64,000 nt of DNA from an uncultured Chloroflexia bacterium (GTDB taxonomy: Bacteria > Chloroflexota > Anaerolineae > B4-G1 > SLSP01). Below, in pieces: positions 49,795-59,838 of the stretch. The DNA lies in NCBI GenBank assembly GCA_963751345.1, contig CAVVUS010000030.1:364730-428729 (forward strand), in the 5' to 3' direction. The stretch's first letter is position 1. Each line of letters opens with the position of its first letter. Made by a program: the position numbers and the translations under genes. The notes beneath the pieces were generated by a model. The model saw only the letters and a list, made by a program, of their open reading frames with translations, was not told where the DNA came from and did not search any database.

Positions 49795-52700
49795 CTAGTC
49801 CGCGGCAGCGGCCCAGGTGTAGTCCATGTCGGCCATCTGCTTGTACTGGTTCCAACGGGCCTTGGCGTCCGCGCGCGCGAGGTTCAGCAGGACCTCAGCC
49901 CGCTCGGGCTGGGACTGCAGGAGCGTGCGGAAGCGGATCTCGTTGTACATGTAGTCCTTGACGTCCGCCTTGGGCTCGCGGGAGTCCAACTGGAGCGGGT
50001 TCTTGCCCTGGGCGATCAGGCGCGGGTCGTAGCGGTAGAGCATCCACGCACCGGAGTCGACCGCCAGTTTCTGCTGGGAGAATCCCTGCTTCATCTGCGG
50101 GATGCCCCAGGAGATGCAGTGGCTGTAGGCGATGACGAGGCTCGGGCCGTCGTAGGACTCGGCCTCAGAGATCGCGCGCAGTGCCTGCGCATCGTTGGCA
50201 CCCATCGCGATCTGCGCGACGAAGATGTTGCCGTAGGTCATGGCGATCATGCCCAGGTCCTTCTTGGGCAAGCCACGACCGGCGTAGGCGAACTTCGCGA
50301 CGGCACCCCGCGGGGTCGCCTTGGACATCTGGCCGCCGGTGTTGGAGTAGACCTGCGTGTCCAACACGAGGACGTTGACGTTGCGACCCTGGGCCAGGAC
50401 GTGGTCGAGGCCACCATAGCCGATGTCGTAGGCCCAACCGTCTCCACCGAAGATCCAGACGGAGCGGCGCACGAGCACGTCGGAGAGGCTCAGGAGGTCC
50501 TTGGCCTTGGGGCTGTTGTCTCCTTCGAGGCGGGTGCGCAGCAGGGCAACGCGTTCGCGCTGTGCGGCGTAGTCGGCCTCGGTGAGCTGCTCGGCACTCA
50601 GGATCGCGTCGACCAGGTCTTCACCCACGGTGCCGGCAAACCCCTGCAGCAGTTCGCGGGCATATTCTTCCTGCTTGTCCAGCGTCAGGCGGAAGCCATA
50701 GCCGAACTCGGCGTTGTCCTCGAAGAGGCTGTTGTTCCAGGCAGGGCCCTGACCCGCGGCGTTGGTGGTGTAGGGGGTGGTGGGCAGGTAGCCGCCGTAG
50801 ATGGACGAGCACCCGGTGGCGTTGGCGATCACGGCGCGATCGCCGAAGAGCTGGCTGACCAGGCGGACGTAGGGCGTCTCGCCGCAGCCCGCGCACGCGC
50901 CGGAGAACTCGAAGAGCGGACGGAGGAGCTGTGAGCCCTTGACCGTCTTGAGGTTGAGCTCGGTGCGGTCGTAGTCAGGGATTTGGTTGAAGAAGAAGTC
51001 CCAGTAGCCGCTCTCCCGCTCGCGAATGTCGAAGACGGGGGTCATGTTGATGGCCTTGCGGCCGGGGTCATCGCGATCCTTGGCCGGGCAGACCTCAACA
51101 CAGAGCCCACATCCCGTGCAGTCCTCGATGCTTTCCTGGACGGTGAACATCTTGCCGGAGAACTCGCGACCGCGGGCCTCCGCAGAGCGGAATCCCGCCG
51201 GCGCATCGGCGAGCAGGCCGGCATCGTAGGCCTTGATGCGAATCACGGCGTGGGGGCAGGCCATCGCGCACTTGCCGCACTGGATGCAGATATCGGGATC
51301 CCAGATGGGGGTCTCGAGGGCAATGAAGCGCTTCTCATACTGGGTTGTGCCCACGGGGAAGGTACCGTCCGCCGGGATGGCGGAGACGGGCAGGCTGTCG
51401 CCCTCACGCTGGATCATCTTCGCCGTCACGTTGGCGACGAAGTCGGGCACGTCACCCTTGACCGGCGGCTGCATAGCGCGGTCCCCGGTGGGCTCGGCGG
51501 GCACGTCAATCTTGTGCATGTTTTCGAGCGACTGATCGACGGCGGCGAAGTTCATGTCGACGACCCTCTGACCGCGCTTGCCGTAGGACTTCTTGATGGC
51601 GTCCTTGATCTTGGCGATGGCCTCATCCTTGGGCAGGACGCCGGAGAGCGCGAAGAAGCAGGTCTGCATGATGGTGTTGATGCGGCCACCCAGGCCGACC
51701 TCGCCGGCGACGTTGTAGGCGTCGATGACGTAGAAGTCGAGACCCTTGTCGATGATCCGCTGCTGCGCCATCCGCGGGAGGTGATCCCAGGTCTCGCTTG
51801 CGGGGTAGGGGCTGTTCAGAAGGAACGTGCCGCCCTTGACCGCGCTGCTGAGGATGTCGTACTGCTCGATGAGCGAGAACTGGTGGCAACCGATGAAGCT
51901 GGCCGCGCTCACGAGACAGGTCTGGCGGATCGGGCGCGGGCCGAAGCGCAGGTGAGAGACCGTGATGCCGCCGGACTTCTTGGCGTCATACTCGAAGTAG
52001 CCCTGGGCGTAGAGGTCGGTCTCGTCGCCGATGATCTTGATGCTGTTCTTGTTGGCGCCCACCGTGCCGTCGGAGCCGAGGCCGTAGAAGAGGCCGCGGA
52101 CCACGTCGTCGCCCTCGATGTCGAACGCGGGGTCGTAGTCGAGGCTGGTGTTGGTCACGTCGTCGACGATGCCGATGGTGAAGTGGTTCTTGGGAGTCGC
52201 CTTCTTCATCTCATCGAAGACGCCCTTGGCCATTGCCGGGGTGAATTCCTTGCTGGAGAGACCGTAGCGCCCACCGATCACGCTGAGCGCGCGGCCGCCC
52301 TCGGCCAGTGCCGTGATGCAGTCCTGGTAGAGGGGCTCGCCGGCGCTGCCGGGCTCCTTGGTGCGATCCAAAACGGCCAGGATCTTGACGGTGTCGGGAA
52401 GCACGGCGAGAAAGTGCTCGACGCTGAAGGGGCGGAAGAGGTGCACCTTGAGCACGCCCACCTTCTCACCCTGACCGACGAGGTATTCGACCGTCTCCTC
52501 GGTAACCTCGGCGCCGGAGCCCATCAACACGATCACGCGCTCCGCATCGGGTGCGCCGACGTAGTCAAAGAGCTTGTACTGCCGACCGGTCAGCGATGCG
52601 AATTGATCCATCGCCGCCTGGACGATGCCGGGGGTCGCGACATAGTAGGGATTGACGGTCTCGCGGCCCTGGAAGTAGACATCGGGGCCCTGCGAGGTCC

Positions 52701-53352
52701 CGCGCACGACAGGGCGGTTGGGGTTCAGGCCGCGGGCTCGATGGGCCTGAACCAGGTCGTCATTGATCATTGCCCGGAGGACATCGTCCGAGAGCGGGTC
52801 GATCTTGTTGACCTCAGAGCTGGTCCGGAATCCGTCAAAGAAATGGACGAAGGGAACCCGCGACTCAAGTGTCGCGGCCTGCGCAATCAAGGTGAAGTCC
52901 TGAGCTTCCTGTACGGAGTTGCTCGCGAGCAGCGCGAAGCCCGTCGCGCGCGTCGCCGTGATATCGGTATGATCCCCGAAGATCGAGAGGGCCTGCGCGG
53001 ACAGACTGCGTGCGGAGACGTGGAAGACCGTTGAGGTCAGCTCGCCCGCGATCTTGTACATGCTGGGGATCATCAGCAGGAGGCCCTGGGACGCCGTGAA
53101 GGTGGTCGTCAACGCCCCCGTCTGGAGAGCCCCATGAACTGCACCTGCCGCACCACCTTCAGCCTGCATCTCGGCAACCAAGGGGATGGAGCCCCAAATG
53201 TTGGTCACGCCCTTGGCCGAGAGCTCATCTGCCAGCTCACCCATAGAGCTGGAAGGGGTAATCGGGTAAATGGCAATGACCTCATTGATCTTGTGCGCCA
53301 CGGTGGCGCACGCGGTATTGCCATCTACCGTAATCATCTTGCGTTCTGCCAT
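49795..53352 (-). CDS. nifJ: Pyruvate:ferredoxin (flavodoxin) oxidoreductase
   Basis: YPITPS, GLGSDGTVGANK, two CxxCxxCxxxCP clusters, FSGACAGCGE, GGDGWAYDIG. Confidence 0.97.
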   Translation of the reverse strand: MAERKMITVDGNTACATVAHKINEVIAIYPITPSSSMGELADELSAKGVTNIWGSIPLVAEMQAEGGAAGAVHGALQTGALTTTFTASQGLLLMIPSMYKIAGELTSTVFHVSARSLSAQALSIFGDHTDITATRATGFALLASNSVQEAQDFTLIAQAATLESRVPFVHFFDGFRTSSEVNKIDPLSDDVLRAMINDDLVQAHRARGLNPNRPVVRGTSQGPDVYFQGRETVNPYYVATPGIVQAAMDQFASLTGRQYKLFDYVGAPDAERVIVLMGSGAEVTEETVEYLVGQGEKVGVLKVHLFRPFSVEHFLAVLPDTVKILAVLDRTKEPGSAGEPLYQDCITALAEGGRALSVIGGRYGLSSKEFTPAMAKGVFDEMKKATPKNHFTIGIVDDVTNTSLDYDPAFDIEGDDVVRGLFYGLGSDGTVGANKNSIKIIGDETDLYAQGYFEYDAKKSGGITVSHLRFGPRPIRQTCLVSAASFIGCHQFSLIEQYDILSSAVKGGTFLLNSPYPASETWDHLPRMAQQRIIDKGLDFYVIDAYNVAGEVGLGGRINTIMQTCFFALSGVLPKDEAIAKIKDAIKKSYGKRGQRVVDMNFAAVDQSLENMHKIDVPAEPTGDRAMQPPVKGDVPDFVANVTAKMIQREGDSLPVSAIPADGTFPVGTTQYEKRFIALETPIWDPDICIQCGKCAMACPHAVIRIKAYDAGLLADAPAGFRSAEARGREFSGKMFTVQESIEDCTGCGLCVEVCPAKDRDDPGRKAINMTPVFDIRERESGYWDFFFNQIPDYDRTELNLKTVKGSQLLRPLFEFSGACAGCGETPYVRLVSQLFGDRAVIANATGCSSIYGGYLPTTPYTTNAAGQGPAWNNSLFEDNAEFGYGFRLTLDKQEEYARELLQGFAGTVGEDLVDAILSAEQLTEADYAAQRERVALLRTRLEGDNSPKAKDLLSLSDVLVRRSVWIFGGDGWAYDIGYGGLDHVLAQGRNVNVLVLDTQVYSNTGGQMSKATPRGAVAKFAYAGRGLPKKDLGMIAMTYGNIFVAQIAMGANDAQALRAISEAESYDGPSLVIAYSHCISWGIPQMKQGFSQQKLAVDSGAWMLYRYDPRLIAQGKNPLQLDSREPKADVKDYMYNEIRFRTLLQSQPERAEVLLNLARADAKARWNQYKQMADMDYTWAAAAD

Positions 53353-53493
53353 AAAAGCCTCCTAGGGATTTAGGATAAATCTATCTTCGATATTGCGATC
53401 GAAGCCGTGTGTGTATCCAACTTTTGATTATAGCATAGGCAGGGGGACGGTCAAAAGGAAGGCTGACCCAACCTGGGGAGACAAACGTAAGAA

Positions 53494-53627
53494 CGCGGGT
53501 TCTACGTGTCAAGTGCCGGGGACGCGCCTCGGACGGCGTCAAGGTTCCCCGGCACCTGGAGGGATAGTACTCAGGACCGCGGGTTCTACGTGTCAAGTGC
53601 CGGGGACTGCGGAAAGTCCCCGGCACT
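53494..53627. repeat. Two REP-like hairpins, each starting with a 30-bp direct repeat
   Basis: CGCGGGTTCTACGTGTCAAGTGCCGGGGAC at 53494 and 53578. Confidence 0.8.
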
Positions 53628-53638
53628 GTTGTAGATGC

Positions 53639-56600
53639 TTAGCTGGTCTCGCCCTTGAGATAGGCGATCATCGGGTCTGTGACGAGCGGCACGAGGTCGT
53701 CGATCATGTGGGGCATGAGGTTGTCCATCACGCGGGGCATCAGCGTCCGGCATCTGCTCTACCATGTAGTCGGGCATGGGGATGCGCTCGGCGACGCGCG
53801 CCAGCATCGTGTCCATGACCTTGGGCATCATCATCGGGAGCAACTTGGGGAAGAGGACCGGGAACATCGGTTTCATCATCCCCAACGCGCCGGGCACCTT
53901 GCCCATCGCGCGCATCATCCCGCCCATGCCGTAGGGCATCGCGTCGATCAGCTCGGGCCACATGGTGCCCATCAGATCGGCAAAGCCCTGGGGCGTCATC
54001 AGGGCGATGAAGGCCTCAAAGACACGCCCACTGGGACTGCACCTCAGGGTGTGGGTCGGGGAACTCGTAGCCCAGTGTGCTCGCCGCGAAGTGCGCCAGG
54101 TCCTGGACCTCGATGTCGACGTTGCGCTTATCGCGCGAGACCCGGAGCTGCACCTCACAGCAGGGGCAGGCGGCCAGCACCTTCTGCGCCCCCACCTCTA
54201 TCGCCTCGTTGAGACGGGTCTCGCCGATATCCGGCGGCGATCGGCGGATCCTTGATCAGCGTCAGCACGCTGCCGCAGCAGTGCGCTTCATCCCGGTTGT
54301 AGGGCATGTCGACGTAGGTTCACGTTGGGGATCGCCTTGATCAGGTCGCGGGGCTCCTCGTAGATATGGGAGACCCGGCCCATATGGCAGGAATCGTGCC
54401 AGGTGACGGTCACCGGCTCCATATCGTTCTCGGGGAAGGCAAAGGCGCCCGTTTCGAGCTGCTCCGCCACGACCTCGCTGTAGTGCTTGGCCTGGATGTC
54501 GTAGTCGATGCCCAGCTTCTCGGCCCACTCGGGGTAGACGTGGCGCCACATCATATTGCAGGCCGGACACGACGTGATCACGGTGTCTGCCCCGGCAGCC
54601 TTCACCGCGGCGACGTTCTTGCGCATCGTCTCGCCGAAGAGTTCCCACTTGCCGGCCACCAGCATCGGCGTGCCGCAGCAGTTCTCCTTGGGTCCCAAGT
54701 AGCTGAAGTCAACGTTGGCCTCGTCCAGCAGGCGCACCGTCGCCATGCCGATGTCGTGCTCGACGTAGCTTGCCGTGCATCCGGCGAAGTAGATTGCCTT
54801 CGCCGATTTGCCGGTGTGCTTCTCCTTGAGGTCCTCAGGGAACCAGTCGGCCCGGTCTTTCCGGTAACCGGCCCAGATATTGCCCTGATCCTCCAGCGCG
54901 GCGGCCATCATCTCAAAGGGCGGGAAGGTCATCTGTTTGTCCTCTTCGATGAGCTTGCCGCGCAGCTTCATCCACGAGGGCTCGATGGGAAGGACCGCCG
55001 AGCAGCGAAGGTTACACAGCTCGCAGGTGGTGCACGCCAGGAAGGTGTCGACCATGAACTGATCCCACTCCTCACGGCCCTCCATAAACTCGCGGAGCCA
55101 GTACCACTTGCCGCGAGGGCTTTGGCTCTCCCAGCCACGGCCGTAGTATTGGTCGCATTCGGCTACGCAATAGCCACACTGGGAGCACGCGTAGGCATAC
55201 CAGGCCACGTCACCGGGGATACCCCGAACCGACTCCTCCGAGGGATGCTCGCCGATCCGCTCGGTCACGGCGTTACCGAACGGGCGGATCATGGGTTCCA
55301 TCGCGTTGGCCGCGACCAGGGCATTGCTGATCACCGAGTTGCCGATCACTTTGCCCGGATTGAGGATGCCGTTGGGATCCGATTTCGCCTTGAAGGCCTT
55401 GAGCACTTCGACGCGCTCCGCACCCAATACCTCCGGGGCCATCTTGGAGTAGTAGAGACCCGTGGCGTAGGGCCGCCCCCCGTACTTCTCGGCAATCTTG
55501 GAGATGGAAAGGGACAGGGGAAAGACGAAATTGTAGGTGAACTTCCGCTGATCCGCCGGGATGAAGCCCAGAATCACAACCTCGGGCTCGCCCTGGGGAT
55601 TGCGCCCGCGACGCACCAGGACGCCCTCTTTGACGACCGGCTTCTCGACCTTGTGTTCGACGTCGCTCAGCATGCCCCCCAGCCCGGAGAGCGGCACCAC
55701 CACTTCTGCAGGCACGAGGCTGGGTCCAAGGCGCTTGACCGTCATGATCCTGAAGCGATGCTCCCATTCGTGATGCGCGATCTCGTCGCTGAGCATCTGG
55801 GCCTGGCACTGCTCCGATGACATCCCGGCCTCGAGCCCCTCGCGGACCCGGGCCGCATCCTGCTTGCGGAAGGCCACCGTGACGATATAGGCAGACGGCA
55901 AGAGGACGCGTTTCTCCACGGGATGGCCCTGATGAGTCAGCAGGGGCGCCCGATTCTTCAGTTCCGCCATCTGCGGGTTGATGAAGTGCATCGACCAAAT
56001 CGGCAGATCCGCCGCCATAATGCTTTCAAGAAGATACTGTACGCTGTGGGGTTCAGGGCAGCCCAGCGATATAACGTCCAGGGGCTCATCGGGTTGGATC
56101 TTGATGGTCAGCTCGGTGATGATCCCCGTGATGCCCTCGGCCTCATAAATGACGTCGAGGCCGTCTCCCTCGAAAATGCCGGTCGTGCCATCGCCCAACA
56201 CGACGCGGGCGCTCACGACGTTGTCATAGAACCAGCCGGCCTCATAGGAGCCGAAGCCGGCGCCCCCCTTGTGCCAGCCAGCCGCCCGCGGTCGCGGAAG
56301 GGTAGCTGCTCGGGTAGGTGCGGAGGGTCAGCCCCTGCTTCTTCAGTTCACGGTCGGCCTGCTCCCACACGATGCCCGGCTGCAGCGTGGCGGTCAGGGC
56401 CTCCGCATCGACGTGGAGCACCTTCGAAAACCGGAAGAAGTCGACGACCACGCCGCCCTTCACGGGCAGCACGCCGCCATATCCGGAGGTCGCTTTACCT
56501 CTGGGGACAAGGGGGATTCGCTCTTGGTTTGCCCACTTCACAAGTGCCACGATCTCATCTTCCGAGACCGGCTGCACCACGGCGTCGGCAAAAGGCGTCC

Positions 56601-56736
56601 CGATCAATGGTTTGATCAGGCTTGGCATGTCACCGACGTCGTGACTGTAGAGCTTCCGCTCAACCCGCCGGGTGGTCACCCGGTCGCCGAAGGTGGCCTC
56701 CAGCCACGCAGTCTGTGCCGCTGCTAACTCGCTCAT
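53639..56736 (-). CDS. FAD-binding plus (Fe-S)/CCG-domain oxidoreductase (GlcD/GlcF-like fusion, possible D-lactate/glycolate dehydrogenase), several frameshifts
   Basis: PRGKATSGYGG FAD-binding region, DPNGILNPGK, CxxCxxC clusters, CCG domains, Met-rich tail. Confidence 0.8.
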
Positions 56737-56771
56737 AAAAACCTCCTGATTGAAGGGATTGGGGAGCCCGA

Positions 56772-57116
56772 CTAATGGTTAACTACGTTTGCCCGATCTT
56801 TCAGCAAATCCGCCACAAAGCCCCGCATAATCTCGATCGCCTCAAGGATGCGAGGGTCACCCAGCGAGTAGTAAATCGACGTTCCATCGCGCTCCGCGAC
56901 CACGAGCCCGCGGTCGCGGAGGATACGCAGATGGTGGGATACCGTAGGCTGAGAGACGTCGAGTGCCTCGGTCAATTCCGTAACGTTACAGGATCGCTGG
57001 GACACGAGATACAGCAACATCAAGCGCTTGGGGTCACCGATACCTTCACACACGTAGCGGTGGATAAGCGCGATTTCTTCTTCTGTGATAGAAGTGACAG
57101 GCGGAATAGGATTCAT
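56772..57116 (-). CDS. ArsR/SmtB family transcriptional regulator
   Basis: GDPKRL, VTEL, SQPTVSHHLRIL, RDG..IYYSL. Confidence 0.92.
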   Translation of the reverse strand: MNPIPPVTSITEEEIALIHRYVCEGIGDPKRLMLLYLVSQRSCNVTELTEALDVSQPTVSHHLRILRDRGLVVAERDGTSIYYSLGDPRILEAIEIMRGFVADLLKDRANVVNH

Positions 57117-57304
57117 AGGGGCGCCTCGATGATGGAAATATCGAAATATATCAATATGTACATTATACGTGGGAAGTGGAAAAAGGGGAAGGGGAGAGAA
57201 GAAAGAATGGAGAATAGAGAATGAAGAAGGGAGTAAGAGGGAGTAGGAAGTAAGAACCGGAGATGGGGGCGCATACAAACGTGCAGGAGGCGAGCGCGAG
57301 GGAT

Positions 57305-57341
57305 AAAAAACAAACGGTGTGGCTGGAAAACCACACCGTTT
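57305..57341 (-). terminator. Terminator downstream of the tRNA
   Basis: AAACGGTGTGG...CCACACCGTTT plus T-tract on the minus strand. Confidence 0.75.
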
Positions 57342-57350
57342 ACGCTATAA

Positions 57351-57433
57351 TGCCGAAGGTGGGAGTCGAACCCACATGAGCTAAGCCCGAGCGAGTTTGA
57401 GTCGCTTGCGTCTGCCTATTCCGCCACTTCGGC
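57351..57433 (-). tRNA. tRNA-Leu(CAA), CCA not encoded
   Basis: GCCGAAG acceptor stem, TGGCGGAATAGGCAGACG D-arm, AGCGA-CTCAAAC-TCGCT anticodon arm, long variable arm, GGTTCGACTCC. Confidence 0.93.
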
Positions 57434-57521
57434 GCGCAAATGAGTATAACCAGATTCCGAGGCACGTCAAGCAACGGGTGTCCCTAAGTTGGAACGCCCC
57501 AAGCCAACAGGCTAACGAACA

Positions 57522-58127
57522 GTGACGACTACAGACGACACGTGGGATGAGGAATCATTGGTCCTTGCCGCTCAACGCGGCAATATGGACGCGTTCAATG
57601 AGCTCATCCTCCACTATCAGAGCCGGGTGTACAACCTGGCCTATCATATTATGCACGATCCGGCCGCCGCGGATGATGCGACCCAGGAGGCCTTTATCTC
57701 GGCCTATCGGGCAATCAAGCGATTCCGCGGGGGATCTTTCCGCGCGTGGTTGTTGCGGATTGTGACCAACGCCTGCTATGACGAGCTGCGTCGCCACAAG
57801 CGTCGTCCGAAAGTCTCGTGGGAAGACTTCGGCGATATGGAGGAGGAAGCCAACCCGCATCTGGTGGACAGTGGGCTCAAACCTGAGGAGTCTCTACAGC
57901 AGCAAGAGCTGAGACTGGTTCTGGAGAGGGCCATTGCGCAGTTGCCGGATCACCAGAGAACCACGCTCGTGCTGATCGACCGCTTGGGGCTCTCCTACGA
58001 AGAAGCCGCGGAGACGATGGGCGTCGCATTGGGAACCGTCAAGTCTCGTCTGGCCAGAGCGCGCAGCGAGATACAGGCGTTGCTCCAGCAGGATCGGGAA
58101 CTTTTACCCACGCGTTACCGTCTATAG
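57522..58127 (+). CDS. ECF RNA polymerase sigma factor
   Basis: ADDATQEAF, FRAWLLRIVTN, SYEEAA...GTVKSRLARAR. Confidence 0.93.
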   Translation: MTTTDDTWDEESLVLAAQRGNMDAFNELILHYQSRVYNLAYHIMHDPAAADDATQEAFISAYRAIKRFRGGSFRAWLLRIVTNACYDELRRHKRRPKVSWEDFGDMEEEANPHLVDSGLKPEESLQQQELRLVLERAIAQLPDHQRTTLVLIDRLGLSYEEAAETMGVALGTVKSRLARARSEIQALLQQDRELLPTRYRL

Positions 58128-58158
58128 CATAGTCGGTAATGTGGGAGGCGAATTGTTG

Positions 58159-59159
58159 ATGACTCGCAGGACATGGAGTACGACTGAGATCTCAGCCTAC
58201 CTGGATGGGAAGCTGGCAAGCCAGGACCGGGTAGTGTTCGAGGCTCAGATAGCGCAGGACCCAGCATTGCAGCAGCGTGTCGAGAAGATGCGAGACGTGG
58301 TTGCGATGGTGCAGTCCCTACCTTTGCGCCAACCTCCGCGCAATTACCTGCTCACCCCTTCGATGGTGGCCGATAGCAAGCCGTCGCCGAAGCAACGTCG
58401 TCTGCCTCTGCTGATGATGCGGATGGCGACGTCGCTGGTGGCGCTTGCGTTTGTGGTCACTTTCAGCCTGACCCTGCTCCAGCGGGGTATGACCCCTTCG
58501 ATGGCCGGCAAACGATCCGGTGGAGCGCAGGAAGTCGCGACGATGCAGCGCGAGGATCGCGCCCCAACCCCAGCTTGCTCCCAGCGCAACGGAAACTCCT
58601 GAAGAGCCGCCGATGGCGCTGAGGGCACCGGCAACCAGTAAGAGCCCCCGATGGCCTCGGGAGCAGCGCTACCGGCGGCGCTGCCGACGCCGGCACCGGA
58701 GGGGACTCGGCGCAGGCCGACGGAGAGCGCGATCGCCGCTGCGCTGCCACAGGCCGACGCTGGGGCTACGGACGGTACAGGGGAGAATGCCGAGACCGGT
58801 CCTGCTGCAGCGGGTATAGGCGGAGGAGCGAGGCAGAGGCCCCTCAGGCGACAGGAAGTTCCCGCCGCCGGCACCCCCGAACCCGCCGAGGAGGTCCGAG
58901 CATTCGCGGCGGCAACGATCGAGAAGATCCGAGCCGACGTCCAATACTCTGCAGGCTCCCGAGGATCAGACAGTGAGTGGAGCTCGCGGCACCGGTCAGC
59001 GCGACACAAGCGCCAACTCTGTCAGCGCCAGCACCATCCCAAGAGGTGGCGGGGGTGAGGCAGCCCTCGACCCTGCCCTGGGTAACGGTCGGTCTGGGAG
59101 TTGCGACCGTCGCACTTGTAGCGATCACCCTTTGGCTGTCGCGACGCAACGTGAGCTAG
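58159..59159 (+). CDS. Transmembrane anti-sigma factor (frameshifted)
   Basis: ISAYLDGKL, PRNYLL, TM helix, low-complexity linker, C-terminal TM. Confidence 0.75.
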
Positions 59160-59193
59160 CGTGAACCGACGATTGTAACGTGGGATCGAGTAG

Positions 59194-59838
59194 ATGACAG
59201 GCGATCAAAGGCGGGGGGAACACGCGCACCTGGGTACGCACGTGGGGGCGCAGGCCTCTACAGATGCCTCCGCGGCCTTGGGGCCGCACGCACACGTGGG
59301 GTCGTCCGTGCATGGCCCGGCACTGGCCTACTGCCCAACGTGTGGGACGGCGCTTGAAGACCGACAGGCCTTCGGGCGGATGCGGCGCTATTGCCCGAGG
59401 TGCGAGCGGATCGTGTTCCGCGAGCACAAGGTCGCGGCGGGACTCCTGATCACAGATGAGGCGGACCGGATCCTACTGGTGCGCAGGGCATGGGAGCCCC
59501 AGCAGGGGCTGTGGAGCTTGCCGGCGGGCTTTGTCGACGCCGACGAGTCCCCTGCCGAGGCCGCCGTGCGGGAATGCCACGAGGAAACGGGCTTCGACGC
59601 TGAGATCCTCGGACTGGTGGACGTTATCTCCGGGCGGGAACACGCTCGCGGTGCTGATATTGTCATCGTCTACCGGGGCCATATCGTGGGAGGATCGCTC
59701 GGGGCTGCAGATGATGCTGCCGAAGCCGGCTTCTTTGCGGCCGGTGACCTGCCGCCTCTGGCCTTTGAGGCGACCCGGCGGGCGGTGAGCTACTGGCAGC
59801 ATAGGAATGAGACACGAAAGGCAAAGACTTGCCCGTGA
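59194..59838 (+). CDS. NUDIX hydrolase with N-terminal zinc ribbon (start uncertain)
   Basis: YCPTCG...CPRC; PAGFVDADESPAEAAVRECHEETG Nudix box. Confidence 0.9.
   Translation: MTGDQRRGEHAHLGTHVGAQASTDASAALGPHAHVGSSVHGPALAYCPTCGTALEDRQAFGRMRRYCPRCERIVFREHKVAAGLLITDEADRILLVRRAWEPQQGLWSLPAGFVDADESPAEAAVRECHEETGFDAEILGLVDVISGREHARGADIVIVYRGHIVGGSLGAADDAAEAGFFAAGDLPPLAFEATRRAVSYWQHRNETRKAKTCP

Noticed and set aside
50983-53034. 683-aa plus-strand ORF, and similar long ORFs at 15036-16778, 24729-26228 and 54366-55820
   Set aside because: Antisense shadows of clear genes, expected in high-GC DNA; no recognisable motifs.
57351-57433. tRNA-Leu as the island attachment site
   Set aside because: No duplicate of its 3' end was seen, and the flanking genes look like core genes.
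59194-59310. His-containing N-terminal repeats on the NUDIX protein
   Set aside because: The start codon is uncertain and the extension may not be translated.
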